The position numbers and the translations under genes were made by a program. Of a stretch of 11,586 nt of DNA, positions 1 through 7,330 are shown piece by piece. The DNA is taken from assembly GCA_041572575.1 (NCBI GenBank), contig JBFFSH010000082.1, positions 1 to 11,586 of the forward strand, written 5' to 3'. This DNA is from Thermodesulfobacteriota bacterium. GTDB taxonomy: Bacteria; Desulfobacterota_D; UBA1144; Nemesobacterales; N074bin48. The stretch's first letter is position 1. Each line of letters opens with the position of its first letter. The notes beneath the pieces were generated by a model, which ran no database searches, was not told the origin of the DNA, and saw only the letters and a program-made list of their open reading frames with translations.

Positions 1-120
1 AGATACAATGGAATTGACAGAAAACACTTTGTTTTGTATCTAAAAGAGATGGAATTTAGATTTAATAACAGAAATGTAGATTTAGTTAATAAAATAAAGG
101 AGATTCTGCATTACTTATAG
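1..120 (+). CDS. C-terminal fragment of an IS1595-family transposase (truncated by window start)
   Basis: Not in ORF track. Frame 1 reads RYNGIDRKHFVLYLKEMEFRFNNRNVDLVNKIKEILHYL* (TAG 118-120); the G...F.LYLKE.EFRFN.R motif is typical of IS1595-family C-termini. Confidence 0.85.
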   Translation, partial: RYNGIDRKHFVLYLKEMEFRFNNRNVDLVNKIKEILHYL

Positions 121-140
121 CTCTGTTCTATGCGAGCTCC
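1..140 (+). mobile_element. Right end of an IS1595-family element; probable terminal IR at ~121-140
   Basis: Reverse complement of 121-140 is GGAGCTCGCATAGAACAGAG, resembling GGGGCT-type ends of the IS1016 group and lying directly after the transposase stop. The other end is outside the window. Confidence 0.55.
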
Positions 141-189
141 ATGTATAATTTATATTATCAGGATTTATTGATTTTACCGGGGAAAGCAT

Positions 190-369
190 ATGCTCGAAGT
201 CACGAAGTGTAAAGAGTGCGGTTACGAAATTGGGCTAAAAGTTGATACATGCCCGGGTTGTGGTGAGAAAATAGGTATTGAGATTGGTGGTATTACAGGG
301 CTAATACGAAGAATTTCTATAATTATATTTGCGCTTTATATTCTTTTAAGCGCACTTAAAATAATTTAA
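190..369 (+). CDS. Small zinc-ribbon protein with C-terminal transmembrane helix (59 aa)
   Basis: Not in ORF track. MLEVTKCKECGYEIGLKVDTCPGCGEKIGIEIGGITGLIRRISIIIFALYILLSALKII*: CxxC-x10-CPxCG plus hydrophobic tail; purine-rich GGGGAAAG upstream. Confidence 0.8.
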   Translation: MLEVTKCKECGYEIGLKVDTCPGCGEKIGIEIGGITGLIRRISIIIFALYILLSALKII

Positions 370-458
370 TATTTGATTATATTCAGCATCTTTTTCAGAT
401 TATTTAAGATATACTAACCACCTGTTTTTTATGTGTAATGGAGTGAAATTGAACTATC

Positions 459-2573
459 TTGTTTAATGAACAAATAAAAAGAACTTTAATACTTGGAGTG
501 GTGTGTTCGCTTTTAGTGCTTTTAACCTCGTATATGGGGGTTACCAATGATTTTAAGAACGCTACATTTGATCTTTTTTCAAGATATCTGAACCCTGAAT
601 CGCCTATAGATGCCGGCATATCTAGCAATATAGTAATAGTTGAGATCGATCAGAGAAGTTTAGACGATATAAATAAGGAAGGCATAAACTGGCCATGGCC
701 AAGGCAAATCTATGCTCCATTGATTGAATATCTTTCAGAGGCTGATGCTGTATTTGTGGATGTGCTTTTCACTGAGCCTTCTTCTTATGGTTTTGAAGAC
801 GATAAGATATTTGCAGACGCAATAAAAAGCAACGAAAATGTATATATGCCCGTGTTTCTTACTAAAAGTTTTTATGAATTATCCGAAAATGACAAGAAGT
901 TATTAGACCGTATATCTGTAGACAGCAGTACCAGAACATATATGAGTTTTAAATCAGTTATTACTCCTATTGATCTAATAAAAGATGCAGTAGTTAGTTC
1001 AGGAAATGTGACTCTTGCTCCCGATGGTGATGGCATTTACAGGAGAATGTCGTTCTTTTTTAGAGTGGGCGAGTATGTTGTACCTCATTTTCTTATCAAT
1101 TTTCTATTGGATAAAAATATTGTCAGTCTCAAAGACGGAAAGTTATATGGTAACGGCAATAAACTTCCCGTGGAAGATGGAAACTTGATACTTAATTATT
1201 ATAGTAAGGATCAGGCATTTAAATCATTTTCTGCCTCTCACATCATAAAAAGTTATCTAGACAGTCAGCAGTCAAAAACACCGGTAGTAGCAAAAGATTA
1301 TTTTAAAGGGAAAATAGTCCTAATTGGTCTTACAGCCCCGGGTTTATATGATTTAAGACCTACGACAGTGGCATCGGTATCTACCGGAATTAATATTCAT
1401 GCAACAACAATAGATAATTTCTATCACAACCGTTTCATTCATAAAGTACCAAATTTTATTCTGTATATATTAATTATATTGATATGTTTTTTTAGCATTT
1501 ATTATATTCTGCAAAGTCCGTCTCTACTTAGAAATCTTTCTTATTTTGTGATTGTTTTCTCTGTTATAACAGTGGTTGATATTCTGCTTTTCAAATTTGC
1601 AATATATCTAAACCATATTGATCCGCTTTTTTCACTCATATTGAGTTTTATTGTCGCAGTTGCCTATAGTTATGCTACAGAAGGAAAGAAAAGAGAGCTG
1701 ACTGAAAAAACCCTTCTTCAGTATATGGACAAACAGGTAGCCGAGTATCTTCTTAATAACCCATCTCTGATTAAGCCCGGCGGACAGAAAAAGAGGGTTA
1801 CTATATTTTTTGCAGATATTTCAGGATTTACTACTCTTGCTGAAAAAACCTCACCTGAGGAAATATCTAAGATTCTTATTGATGTGCTAAACCTTTTTAC
1901 CGATGAAATCATTGAAAACAAAGGAGTAATAGATAAATACATTGGTGACTGCGTTATGGCGTTTTGGGGTGCACCCATAGAGTCTGAAAATGATGAAATA
2001 AATTCGTGTAAGGCCGCAGTGGCCTCAATCAAGCTATTAGAAGAAAAGAATAAGGATTTTGAAAAAAACGGACTTCCACGCATATCGTTTAGAGTTGGTA
2101 TACATTCGGGGGAGGCTATTGTAGGAAATCTTGGTAGCGACAGGGTATTTGATTACACAGTTGTAGGAGATTCGGTAAATCTAGCGTCCAGGATGGAATC
2201 TTTAAACAAGTACTTCGCTACTAACATATTAATAAGTGAAGACACATTAAATAAAACAGCCGGCCTGTTCATTACTCGTGAGATAGGGCCTATTGAAGTT
2301 AAAGGTAAAACCGTATCGACAAGTGTATATGAGTTGATTGATATTAAAGAAGAAGTAAGTGATAATATTACCACTTTAGTTGATAAATATCATCAAGCCT
2401 TGAATATTTATAAGGAACAAAACTTTAGTGCTGCACTGCAAAAATTTAAGGATATCATTAAGGAATATGGAAAAGACGGGCCAACAGAGTTTTATATTAA
2501 TAGGTGTGAGGAATTAATGTCAACAAATAGCTTGACAAAAGACTGGAAAGTAATAAAATTTGATAGTAAGTAG
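459..2573 (+). CDS. CHASE2-domain class III adenylate cyclase, membrane-bound
   Basis: N-terminal TM; CHASE2 motifs (IVIVEID, WPWPR, DGDGIYRR, KIVLIG, GINIHA); three TM helices; cyclase motifs FADISGFT, DKYIGD, GIHSG, DYTVVGDSVNLASRME. Lys/Asp at the specificity positions indicate ATP. TTG start is uncertain. Confidence 0.93.
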   Translation: MFNEQIKRTLILGVVCSLLVLLTSYMGVTNDFKNATFDLFSRYLNPESPIDAGISSNIVIVEIDQRSLDDINKEGINWPWPRQIYAPLIEYLSEADAVFVDVLFTEPSSYGFEDDKIFADAIKSNENVYMPVFLTKSFYELSENDKKLLDRISVDSSTRTYMSFKSVITPIDLIKDAVVSSGNVTLAPDGDGIYRRMSFFFRVGEYVVPHFLINFLLDKNIVSLKDGKLYGNGNKLPVEDGNLILNYYSKDQAFKSFSASHIIKSYLDSQQSKTPVVAKDYFKGKIVLIGLTAPGLYDLRPTTVASVSTGINIHATTIDNFYHNRFIHKVPNFILYILIILICFFSIYYILQSPSLLRNLSYFVIVFSVITVVDILLFKFAIYLNHIDPLFSLILSFIVAVAYSYATEGKKRELTEKTLLQYMDKQVAEYLLNNPSLIKPGGQKKRVTIFFADISGFTTLAEKTSPEEISKILIDVLNLFTDEIIENKGVIDKYIGDCVMAFWGAPIESENDEINSCKAAVASIKLLEEKNKDFEKNGLPRISFRVGIHSGEAIVGNLGSDRVFDYTVVGDSVNLASRMESLNKYFATNILISEDTLNKTAGLFITREIGPIEVKGKTVSTSVYELIDIKEEVSDNITTLVDKYHQALNIYKEQNFSAALQKFKDIIKEYGKDGPTEFYINRCEELMSTNSLTKDWKVIKFDSK

Positions 2574-2597
2574 TGTTGTAAGTAAAAAGAGAAGGGT

Positions 2598-3622
2598 TGT
2601 ACTAGCTCAGTAATTCGGTAACTTTTTGTAGTTTATCAAAAGGGGTTTCATAGTTCAAACCTCCATGTCTTCTCAGATGATTATATTCAAATAAATAATT
2701 ACCCAGATTTAATATTAAATCCTCCATTGAATCAAACTTGTTTGGACTGAAAAACTCTTTTTTCGCTATCTTAAAAAATGCTTCTATCTTCCCGTTTGTC
2801 TGTGGTCTTCCTATTCTTGTATATGTATGTTTTACTCCAAGCTCCTTACACATCATTTCAAACGGATGTTCATACTCAAGCTTACCCTTAAACTCTGCCC
2901 CGTTATCCGACATAATTCTTTCAAACTCAAAGCCATAAATCTGCTTAAACCACGACAGTGACCTTGCCATAAAATATGTCATAGTTGATGCCTTTTTATC
3001 CCTTACAATCTCTATATAAACAAGTCTGGTACAGTCATCACATAGAGCCGCTATGTAAAGATTCTTTATTTTGAGCTTATGTGTTATATCACTTGGAACA
3101 CTGCTTAAATCAATATGGGCAAGCTCCCCAGGGGCTTTCTTCTCATAACGTTTTATTACTTTCTTCTCGCTCTCATTAAGCGGGTATCTGTTTTTGATAC
3201 GATCCATCGTGGCAGGAGAAGGAGTTTTATCCAGATAATAAGGTTTGAACATCAACACAAGCTCATAACGGTTTGAGCCAAACCGTCTGTATGCCTTTAT
3301 TATATTTCTCTCTATCTCTTTAGGGGTTCTACGGCTCCCTGGTCTCGGACCTCTTTTTTGTGGAAACAAAGACTCTTCTTTCCTTCCACCCTCAATCCAT
3401 TTTAGGTAATATCTTCTTAGTTCTTTTTTGTGTATATGATGGGCTTCACAGAGGTCTTTTACAAACTTAAAGGGCCTGGGAGTTACTTTGGCTTTAGTTC
3501 TCTCGTATTCTTTGAGTATTGGTATCCATCTCTTTACTACCACTATCTCATGGTATTTCATTAAGCACCTCCTTAGTTATTAATATATACTAATTTGGTT
3601 ACTTAATTACTGAGCATTTACA
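2598..3622 (-). mobile_element. Complete IS481-family insertion sequence (1025 bp)
   Basis: TGT...ACA ends with imperfect 25-bp IRs: TGTACTAGCTCAGTAATTCGGTAAC (2598-2622) vs reverse complement of 3598-3622, TGTAAATGCTCAGTAATTAAGTAAC. Single transposase whose stop lies in the IR. No perfect target duplication. Confidence 0.9.
2602..3561 (-). CDS. IS481-family DDE transposase (integrase core)
   Basis: RYEKKAPGELAHID, DDCTR, SDNGAEF, RPQTNGKIE, YNHLRRHGGLNYETP motifs; AAGGAGG RBS upstream on the minus strand. Confidence 0.93.
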   Translation of the reverse strand: MKYHEIVVVKRWIPILKEYERTKAKVTPRPFKFVKDLCEAHHIHKKELRRYYLKWIEGGRKEESLFPQKRGPRPGSRRTPKEIERNIIKAYRRFGSNRYELVLMFKPYYLDKTPSPATMDRIKNRYPLNESEKKVIKRYEKKAPGELAHIDLSSVPSDITHKLKIKNLYIAALCDDCTRLVYIEIVRDKKASTMTYFMARSLSWFKQIYGFEFERIMSDNGAEFKGKLEYEHPFEMMCKELGVKHTYTRIGRPQTNGKIEAFFKIAKKEFFSPNKFDSMEDLILNLGNYLFEYNHLRRHGGLNYETPFDKLQKVTELLS

Positions 3623-3818
3623 AGCGTCCCCTTTTTCTCTTATCCCCTTTTTTACCCTTTTTCTTTCAAAGACATGTTTGACATTAATATGAAATTTTAT
3701 GATACGGTATAATATTATTCAGACAATTTCTATATAGTTACAATACACCGTATACTCCATCAATGAGTTATCGTGCTTACTCCACTCATCGTTGGGACAC
3801 TACTTAAGGAGGTTAATC

Positions 3819-4637
3819 ATGCAGATACGAGTCGGCTACGAGTTAATCTACGACTGTCCGCAGCCAACGCCTATGATACTGACGTTACACATCCATTTTA
3901 CGCGCGACTCCGACATCATCGTTCCCGATCACCTCATCATCAGGCCGTCCATCCATATTACTACCTATCGTGATGCCTTCGGAAACAGGTGCAGCCGGAT
4001 TGTCGCACCGAAGGGCGAGATCCAGCTTACTGCCGATGCGGTCGTGAACGATACGGGTGAACCGGATTTGGTCGCCGCCTCGGCCCATCAGCACCCAGTG
4101 CAAGATCTTCCCGAGGAGACCCTGGTGTTCCTTTTGGGAAGCCGATATTGCGAAACCGATCTGTTGTCCGATGTGGCTTGGGGCCTATTCGACAAATCGC
4201 CCACTGGATGGGGACGCGTCCAGGCCATCTGCGATTTCGTCCATCAACATATCACCTATGGTTACGAACATGCCCGCGCCACGAAGACAGCCTGGGAAGC
4301 TTTCAATGAGCGGACCGGCGTCTGCCGTGATTACACGCATCTCGCCATTGCACTGTGCCGTTGCATGAACATTCCGGCACGCTACTGCACTGGATACTTG
4401 AGCGACATAGGCATACTACCGCCATACGGCCCGGGGGATTTCGCCGCCTGGTTTGAGGCATACCTTGGCGGTCATTGGTACACCTTTGATGCTCGGTACA
4501 ACGTGCCGTGTATCGGCCGAGTGCTGATCGCGCGAGGTCGAGATGCCGCTGATGTTGCGATCAGCCACACGTTCGGCCCCAACACGCTGAAAAGCTTCAA
4601 GGTCTGGACAGAAGAGGTGAGTACAGGACTTACCTAA
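3819..4637 (+). CDS. Transglutaminase-like cysteine protease family protein
   Basis: FLLGSRYCETD, GVCRDYTH (catalytic Cys), CRCMNIPARYCTGYL, DFAAWFEAYLGGHWYTFDAR, GRDAADVA. Start moved from 3792 to ATG 3819 because AAGGAGG precedes it. Confidence 0.9.
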   Translation: MQIRVGYELIYDCPQPTPMILTLHIHFTRDSDIIVPDHLIIRPSIHITTYRDAFGNRCSRIVAPKGEIQLTADAVVNDTGEPDLVAASAHQHPVQDLPEETLVFLLGSRYCETDLLSDVAWGLFDKSPTGWGRVQAICDFVHQHITYGYEHARATKTAWEAFNERTGVCRDYTHLAIALCRCMNIPARYCTGYLSDIGILPPYGPGDFAAWFEAYLGGHWYTFDARYNVPCIGRVLIARGRDAADVAISHTFGPNTLKSFKVWTEEVSTGLT

Positions 4638-4688
4638 CCACACAACCCCACAAAACCAGATATCCTTGCACCGATAGAAAAATAGTAA

Positions 4689-4831
4689 AAAATAGTGACA
4701 GACACTATTTTATCGAGATTCTTCTAACTTATTATACCAGAGACATTTTATCTTAATCTTAACTACGAGATTGCCGCTCATGGCTTAATGAAGGCGAATA
4801 TCACCTAATTAATAGTGACAGACACTATTTA
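4689..4831. repeat. Two copies of palindromic 20-mer AATAGTGACAGACACTATTT, 120 bp apart
   Basis: Exact direct repeat at 4691-4710 and 4811-4830; each is an inverted repeat AATAGTG-ACAGA-CACTATT. Confidence 0.9.
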
Positions 4832-4907
4832 TAAAGGGGATATTTATTATAGATAAAATAATAGGGCCATGAAGATTTACATATATTTAGATCACATAAC
4901 ATAAGAC

Positions 4908-4945
4908 TTGACAATCATTATTTGATTATGATCGAATAATTCGAT
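4908..4945 (+). promoter_or_regulatory. Possible promoter/operator region of the secreted-protein gene
   Basis: TTGACA at 4908-4913, AATCA-N5-TGATT at 4913-4927 and perfect palindrome ATCGAAT-A-ATTCGAT at 4931-4945; no well-spaced -10. Confidence 0.35.
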
Positions 4946-5041
4946 AGTCGAATGTGATACTTAGATTACTCGGTTATTAGTCTAACTAGCTATAACCATT
5001 GAAGGCTGGTATAGCAATTTAATCTTAAAGGAGAGTTTAAA

Positions 5042-5497
5042 ATGAGTAGATACTTTGTATTGATATTATTGTCTGCATTTATTACGGGTATATCCTTGGA
5101 TTACACACATGCTGTAAAGGGTAACCGAGTCACAATTGATGATGACTGTTCATGTTCAGACCGTGATAGAAGACATAGATTATTCACATCTATAGATGAC
5201 AGTGATTGTACAAATACTAGTCAATCTAATCCAACAGTTTGGATTCAACTGAGACAAGCACCTAGCGATACAGACTTTCATATAGAAGTAATCCATACAG
5301 ATAGCGATAATAGTATAGATATTTTCCCTGATTTTATTTCTTGTGGTGATAATTTATATTATTTTCAGCTGGATACCGGATTTGTCTCTGATTTATCTCA
5401 CTTTAATGGAAATGGGAGATATTTAGTTGGAATATATGACGAGTTGTTCTTTTCTGGGTTTATTGGTAGCGCAAGATATGTAGTAGATATTCCCTGA
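5042..5497 (+). CDS. Hypothetical exported protein (151 aa)
   Basis: AAGGAGAG RBS; signal-peptide-like N-terminus (MSRYFVLILLSAFITGISLDYTHA); Asp-rich with four Cys; no family recognised. Confidence 0.75.
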   Translation: MSRYFVLILLSAFITGISLDYTHAVKGNRVTIDDDCSCSDRDRRHRLFTSIDDSDCTNTSQSNPTVWIQLRQAPSDTDFHIEVIHTDSDNSIDIFPDFISCGDNLYYFQLDTGFVSDLSHFNGNGRYLVGIYDELFFSGFIGSARYVVDIP

Positions 5498-5506
5498 TTA
5501 AACGTA

Positions 5507-5529
5507 AAAAAGGGGATTCTACCCTTTTT
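5507..5529. repeat. 23-bp palindrome AAAAAGGG-GATTCTA-CCCTTTTT (REP-like site and/or bidirectional terminator)
   Basis: Perfect 8-bp arms about 10 bp after the stop of 5042..5497; near-identical in inverted orientation to the reconstructed IS481 target. Confidence 0.7.
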
Positions 5530-5539
5530 GTAATTTAGA

Positions 5540-5590
5540 CCCAAAAACCCATAAATCCAGGGTTAAACCCTAAACCTTTGGGTTTTTGGG
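5540..5590. repeat. Nested inverted repeat
   Basis: CCCAAAAACCCA (5540-5551) pairs with TGGGTTTTTGGG (5579-5590); inner AGGGT/ACCCT stem at 5559-5571. Confidence 0.75.
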
Positions 5591-5665
5591 GTTAAGGTGT
5601 ATGACTTTGTTTTATTAATAGAATAGCACGCACTTATAAGATGTATTTATAACACTCGCATTTCG

Positions 5666-5824
5666 CCTGTCCTGAGCCTGCCGAAGGAACTGTTCGATGC
5701 GTTTGGTTCCCTTCATTCTGACCGTAATGTAGTGGATAGAAGAATCTCCGAATCCAGATTTGTCATGCTAGAGCGTATGCGAAGCATCTTGTTTTTAGAT
5801 TCTTCGCCGCGGCTCAGAATGACA
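5666..5824. repeat. Cluster of REP-like intergenic palindromic elements
   Basis: CCTGTCCTGAGCCTGCCGAAGGA (5666-5688); degenerate arm TCATTCTGA...GAAGAATCT (5713-5747); full hairpin TGTCATGCTAGAGC...GCGAAGCATCT / AGATTCTTCGC...GCTCAGAATGACA (5761-5824). Confidence 0.75.
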
Positions 5825-5905
5825 GTAATACTGCGAATGGAAACAAAACACACCTTCCATCATACCAATCCTGTGATAATATATCGGTTTTCTTAAAAAC
5901 AAGAG

Positions 5906-6328
5906 ATGGCAAACAAGACTTTACTTACAAAAAGAGTGAGTTTTTCGGCTTCGCACCGGTACTGGAACAAGAACTGGTCGGATGAGAAAAACAACGAGGT
6001 ATTCGGCAAATGCACAAGCCCGCACGGGCACGGGCATAACTATGTGCTCGAGACCACCGTGCAGGGTGAAATCGATCCCGAAACGGGGATGATAATTAAC
6101 CTCTACGATCTAAAGCCCATTATTCTGGATGCGCTCGAAGACTTTGACCATAAATTTTTAAATGAAGACAACCCCGCGTTTACCGATCTTATCCCTACTA
6201 CAGAGAACATTGCAAAGGTGCTGTGGGATGTGATAAGCGAAAGGCTTGAATCTCACAGCTGCAGACTGCACAGGATAAGACTGTATGAGACACCGGAGCT
6301 TTATGTGGATTACTGGAGGGATAAATGA
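5906..6328 (+). CDS. 6-pyruvoyl-tetrahydropterin synthase family (PTPS/QueD), animal-like type, copy 1
   Basis: FSASHR, FGKCTSPHGHGHNY, IDPETGM, FDHKFLN, TTENIA, RLYET motifs. Confidence 0.92.
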   Translation: MANKTLLTKRVSFSASHRYWNKNWSDEKNNEVFGKCTSPHGHGHNYVLETTVQGEIDPETGMIINLYDLKPIILDALEDFDHKFLNEDNPAFTDLIPTTENIAKVLWDVISERLESHSCRLHRIRLYETPELYVDYWRDK

Positions 6329-6774
6329 GTTCTGTAAATATTCCTGAACACTGCTGCCTTACTAAAATTTATTCCTTCTCCGCAGGGCACAGGCTCTCGC
6401 TTGACAGGCTCACACCAGAGGAAAATTCAAGAGTATTCGGCAAATGCTCCAACCCAAGAGGTCACGGCCATGACTATTATCTCGAAGTCAGGGTAGAGGG
6501 GCAGATCAATCCGGATACCGGCATGATAGTTCATTTAAATGAATTGGATTCCTCAGTAAATAATATAATTTCCGATCTCGATCATAAGAGGCTCGATATT
6601 GAGGTAGACTATTTTACTTCTAATCAGTCCACGGGCGAAAACATAGTCAGGTATTTTTGGGGTAAACTAAAGAGTAATGTAGAGGATTGTAATCTCGTAT
6701 ACCTTAAGCTCTGGGAGACCGAGAACAACTACTTTGAATACTTTGAGGAGAAAGACATAAAATATGCCAATTGA
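6325..6774 (+). CDS. PTPS family, animal-like type, copy 2
   Basis: FSAGHR, FGKCSNPRGHGHDY, INPDTGM, LDHKRLD, STGEN, KLWETENN; 4-nt overlap with copy 1. Confidence 0.92.
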   Translation: MSSVNIPEHCCLTKIYSFSAGHRLSLDRLTPEENSRVFGKCSNPRGHGHDYYLEVRVEGQINPDTGMIVHLNELDSSVNNIISDLDHKRLDIEVDYFTSNQSTGENIVRYFWGKLKSNVEDCNLVYLKLWETENNYFEYFEEKDIKYAN

Positions 6775-7327
6775 AGATTTGATAAAGGATATGCTTGTTG
6801 AGATAGGAGAAGATCCTGAGAGGCAGGGGCTAGCAGATACTCCATCGAGGGTTGCAAGGATGTACAAGGATGAGCTTACTTCCGGCTACACCCAGTGCCC
6901 TCATAAAGTTATAAACGACGCAATATTTGATGAGAAGTATGATGAGATGGTGGTGGTAAAGGACGTGGAGTTTTACAGCCTGTGCGAGCACCATATGCTT
7001 CCGTTTTTTGGCAAATGTCATGTGGCCTATGTGCCCGACGGAAAGATCATCGGGCTTAGCAAGATTCCAAGACTCATAGAAGTCTATTCACGCAGGCTTC
7101 AGGTGCAGGAGCGGATGACCATGCAGATAGCAGATATATTGAATGAGTCCTTAAGTCCCCACGGGGTAGCGGTGGTGGTGGAAGCGTATCACCTTTGCAT
7201 GGCAATGCGCGGTGTAAAGAAGGCAAGGGCAAACATGCTCACAAGCTCCATGCTCGGGGTGTTTAAAAAAGACGAGCGGACAAGGGCTGAGTTCCTGAGT
7301 CTAATCGGGCAGAGCAATATCAAATAA
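6764..7327 (+). CDS. folE: GTP cyclohydrolase I
   Basis: GEDPERQGLADTP, SLCEHHMLPFFG, GLSKIPR, RRLQVQER, HLCMAMRGV. Confidence 0.97.
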   Translation: MPIEDLIKDMLVEIGEDPERQGLADTPSRVARMYKDELTSGYTQCPHKVINDAIFDEKYDEMVVVKDVEFYSLCEHHMLPFFGKCHVAYVPDGKIIGLSKIPRLIEVYSRRLQVQERMTMQIADILNESLSPHGVAVVVEAYHLCMAMRGVKKARANMLTSSMLGVFKKDERTRAEFLSLIGQSNIK

Positions 7328-7330
7328 TAA

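Noticed and set aside
3678..3713. Sigma-70 promoter TTGACA...TATAAT upstream of the transglutaminase gene
   Set aside because: Spacer is 24 nt (14 nt to TATGAT), so the boxes do not pair canonically.
4689..4831. Mini CRISPR array
   Set aside because: Only two 20-bp repeats, a 100-bp spacer and no cas genes in the window.
2589..5529. Integron attC sites
   Set aside because: The palindromes are too short, lack RYYYAAC/GTTRRRY boxes, and no intI is present.
5629..5656. dif/Xer-like site around TTATAA-GATGTAT-TTATAA
   Set aside because: Neither arm matches the XerD consensus TTATGTTAAAT.
5906..6774. Naming the PTPS genes queD
   Set aside because: Motif spacing is animal PTPS-like and no queuosine genes are adjacent.
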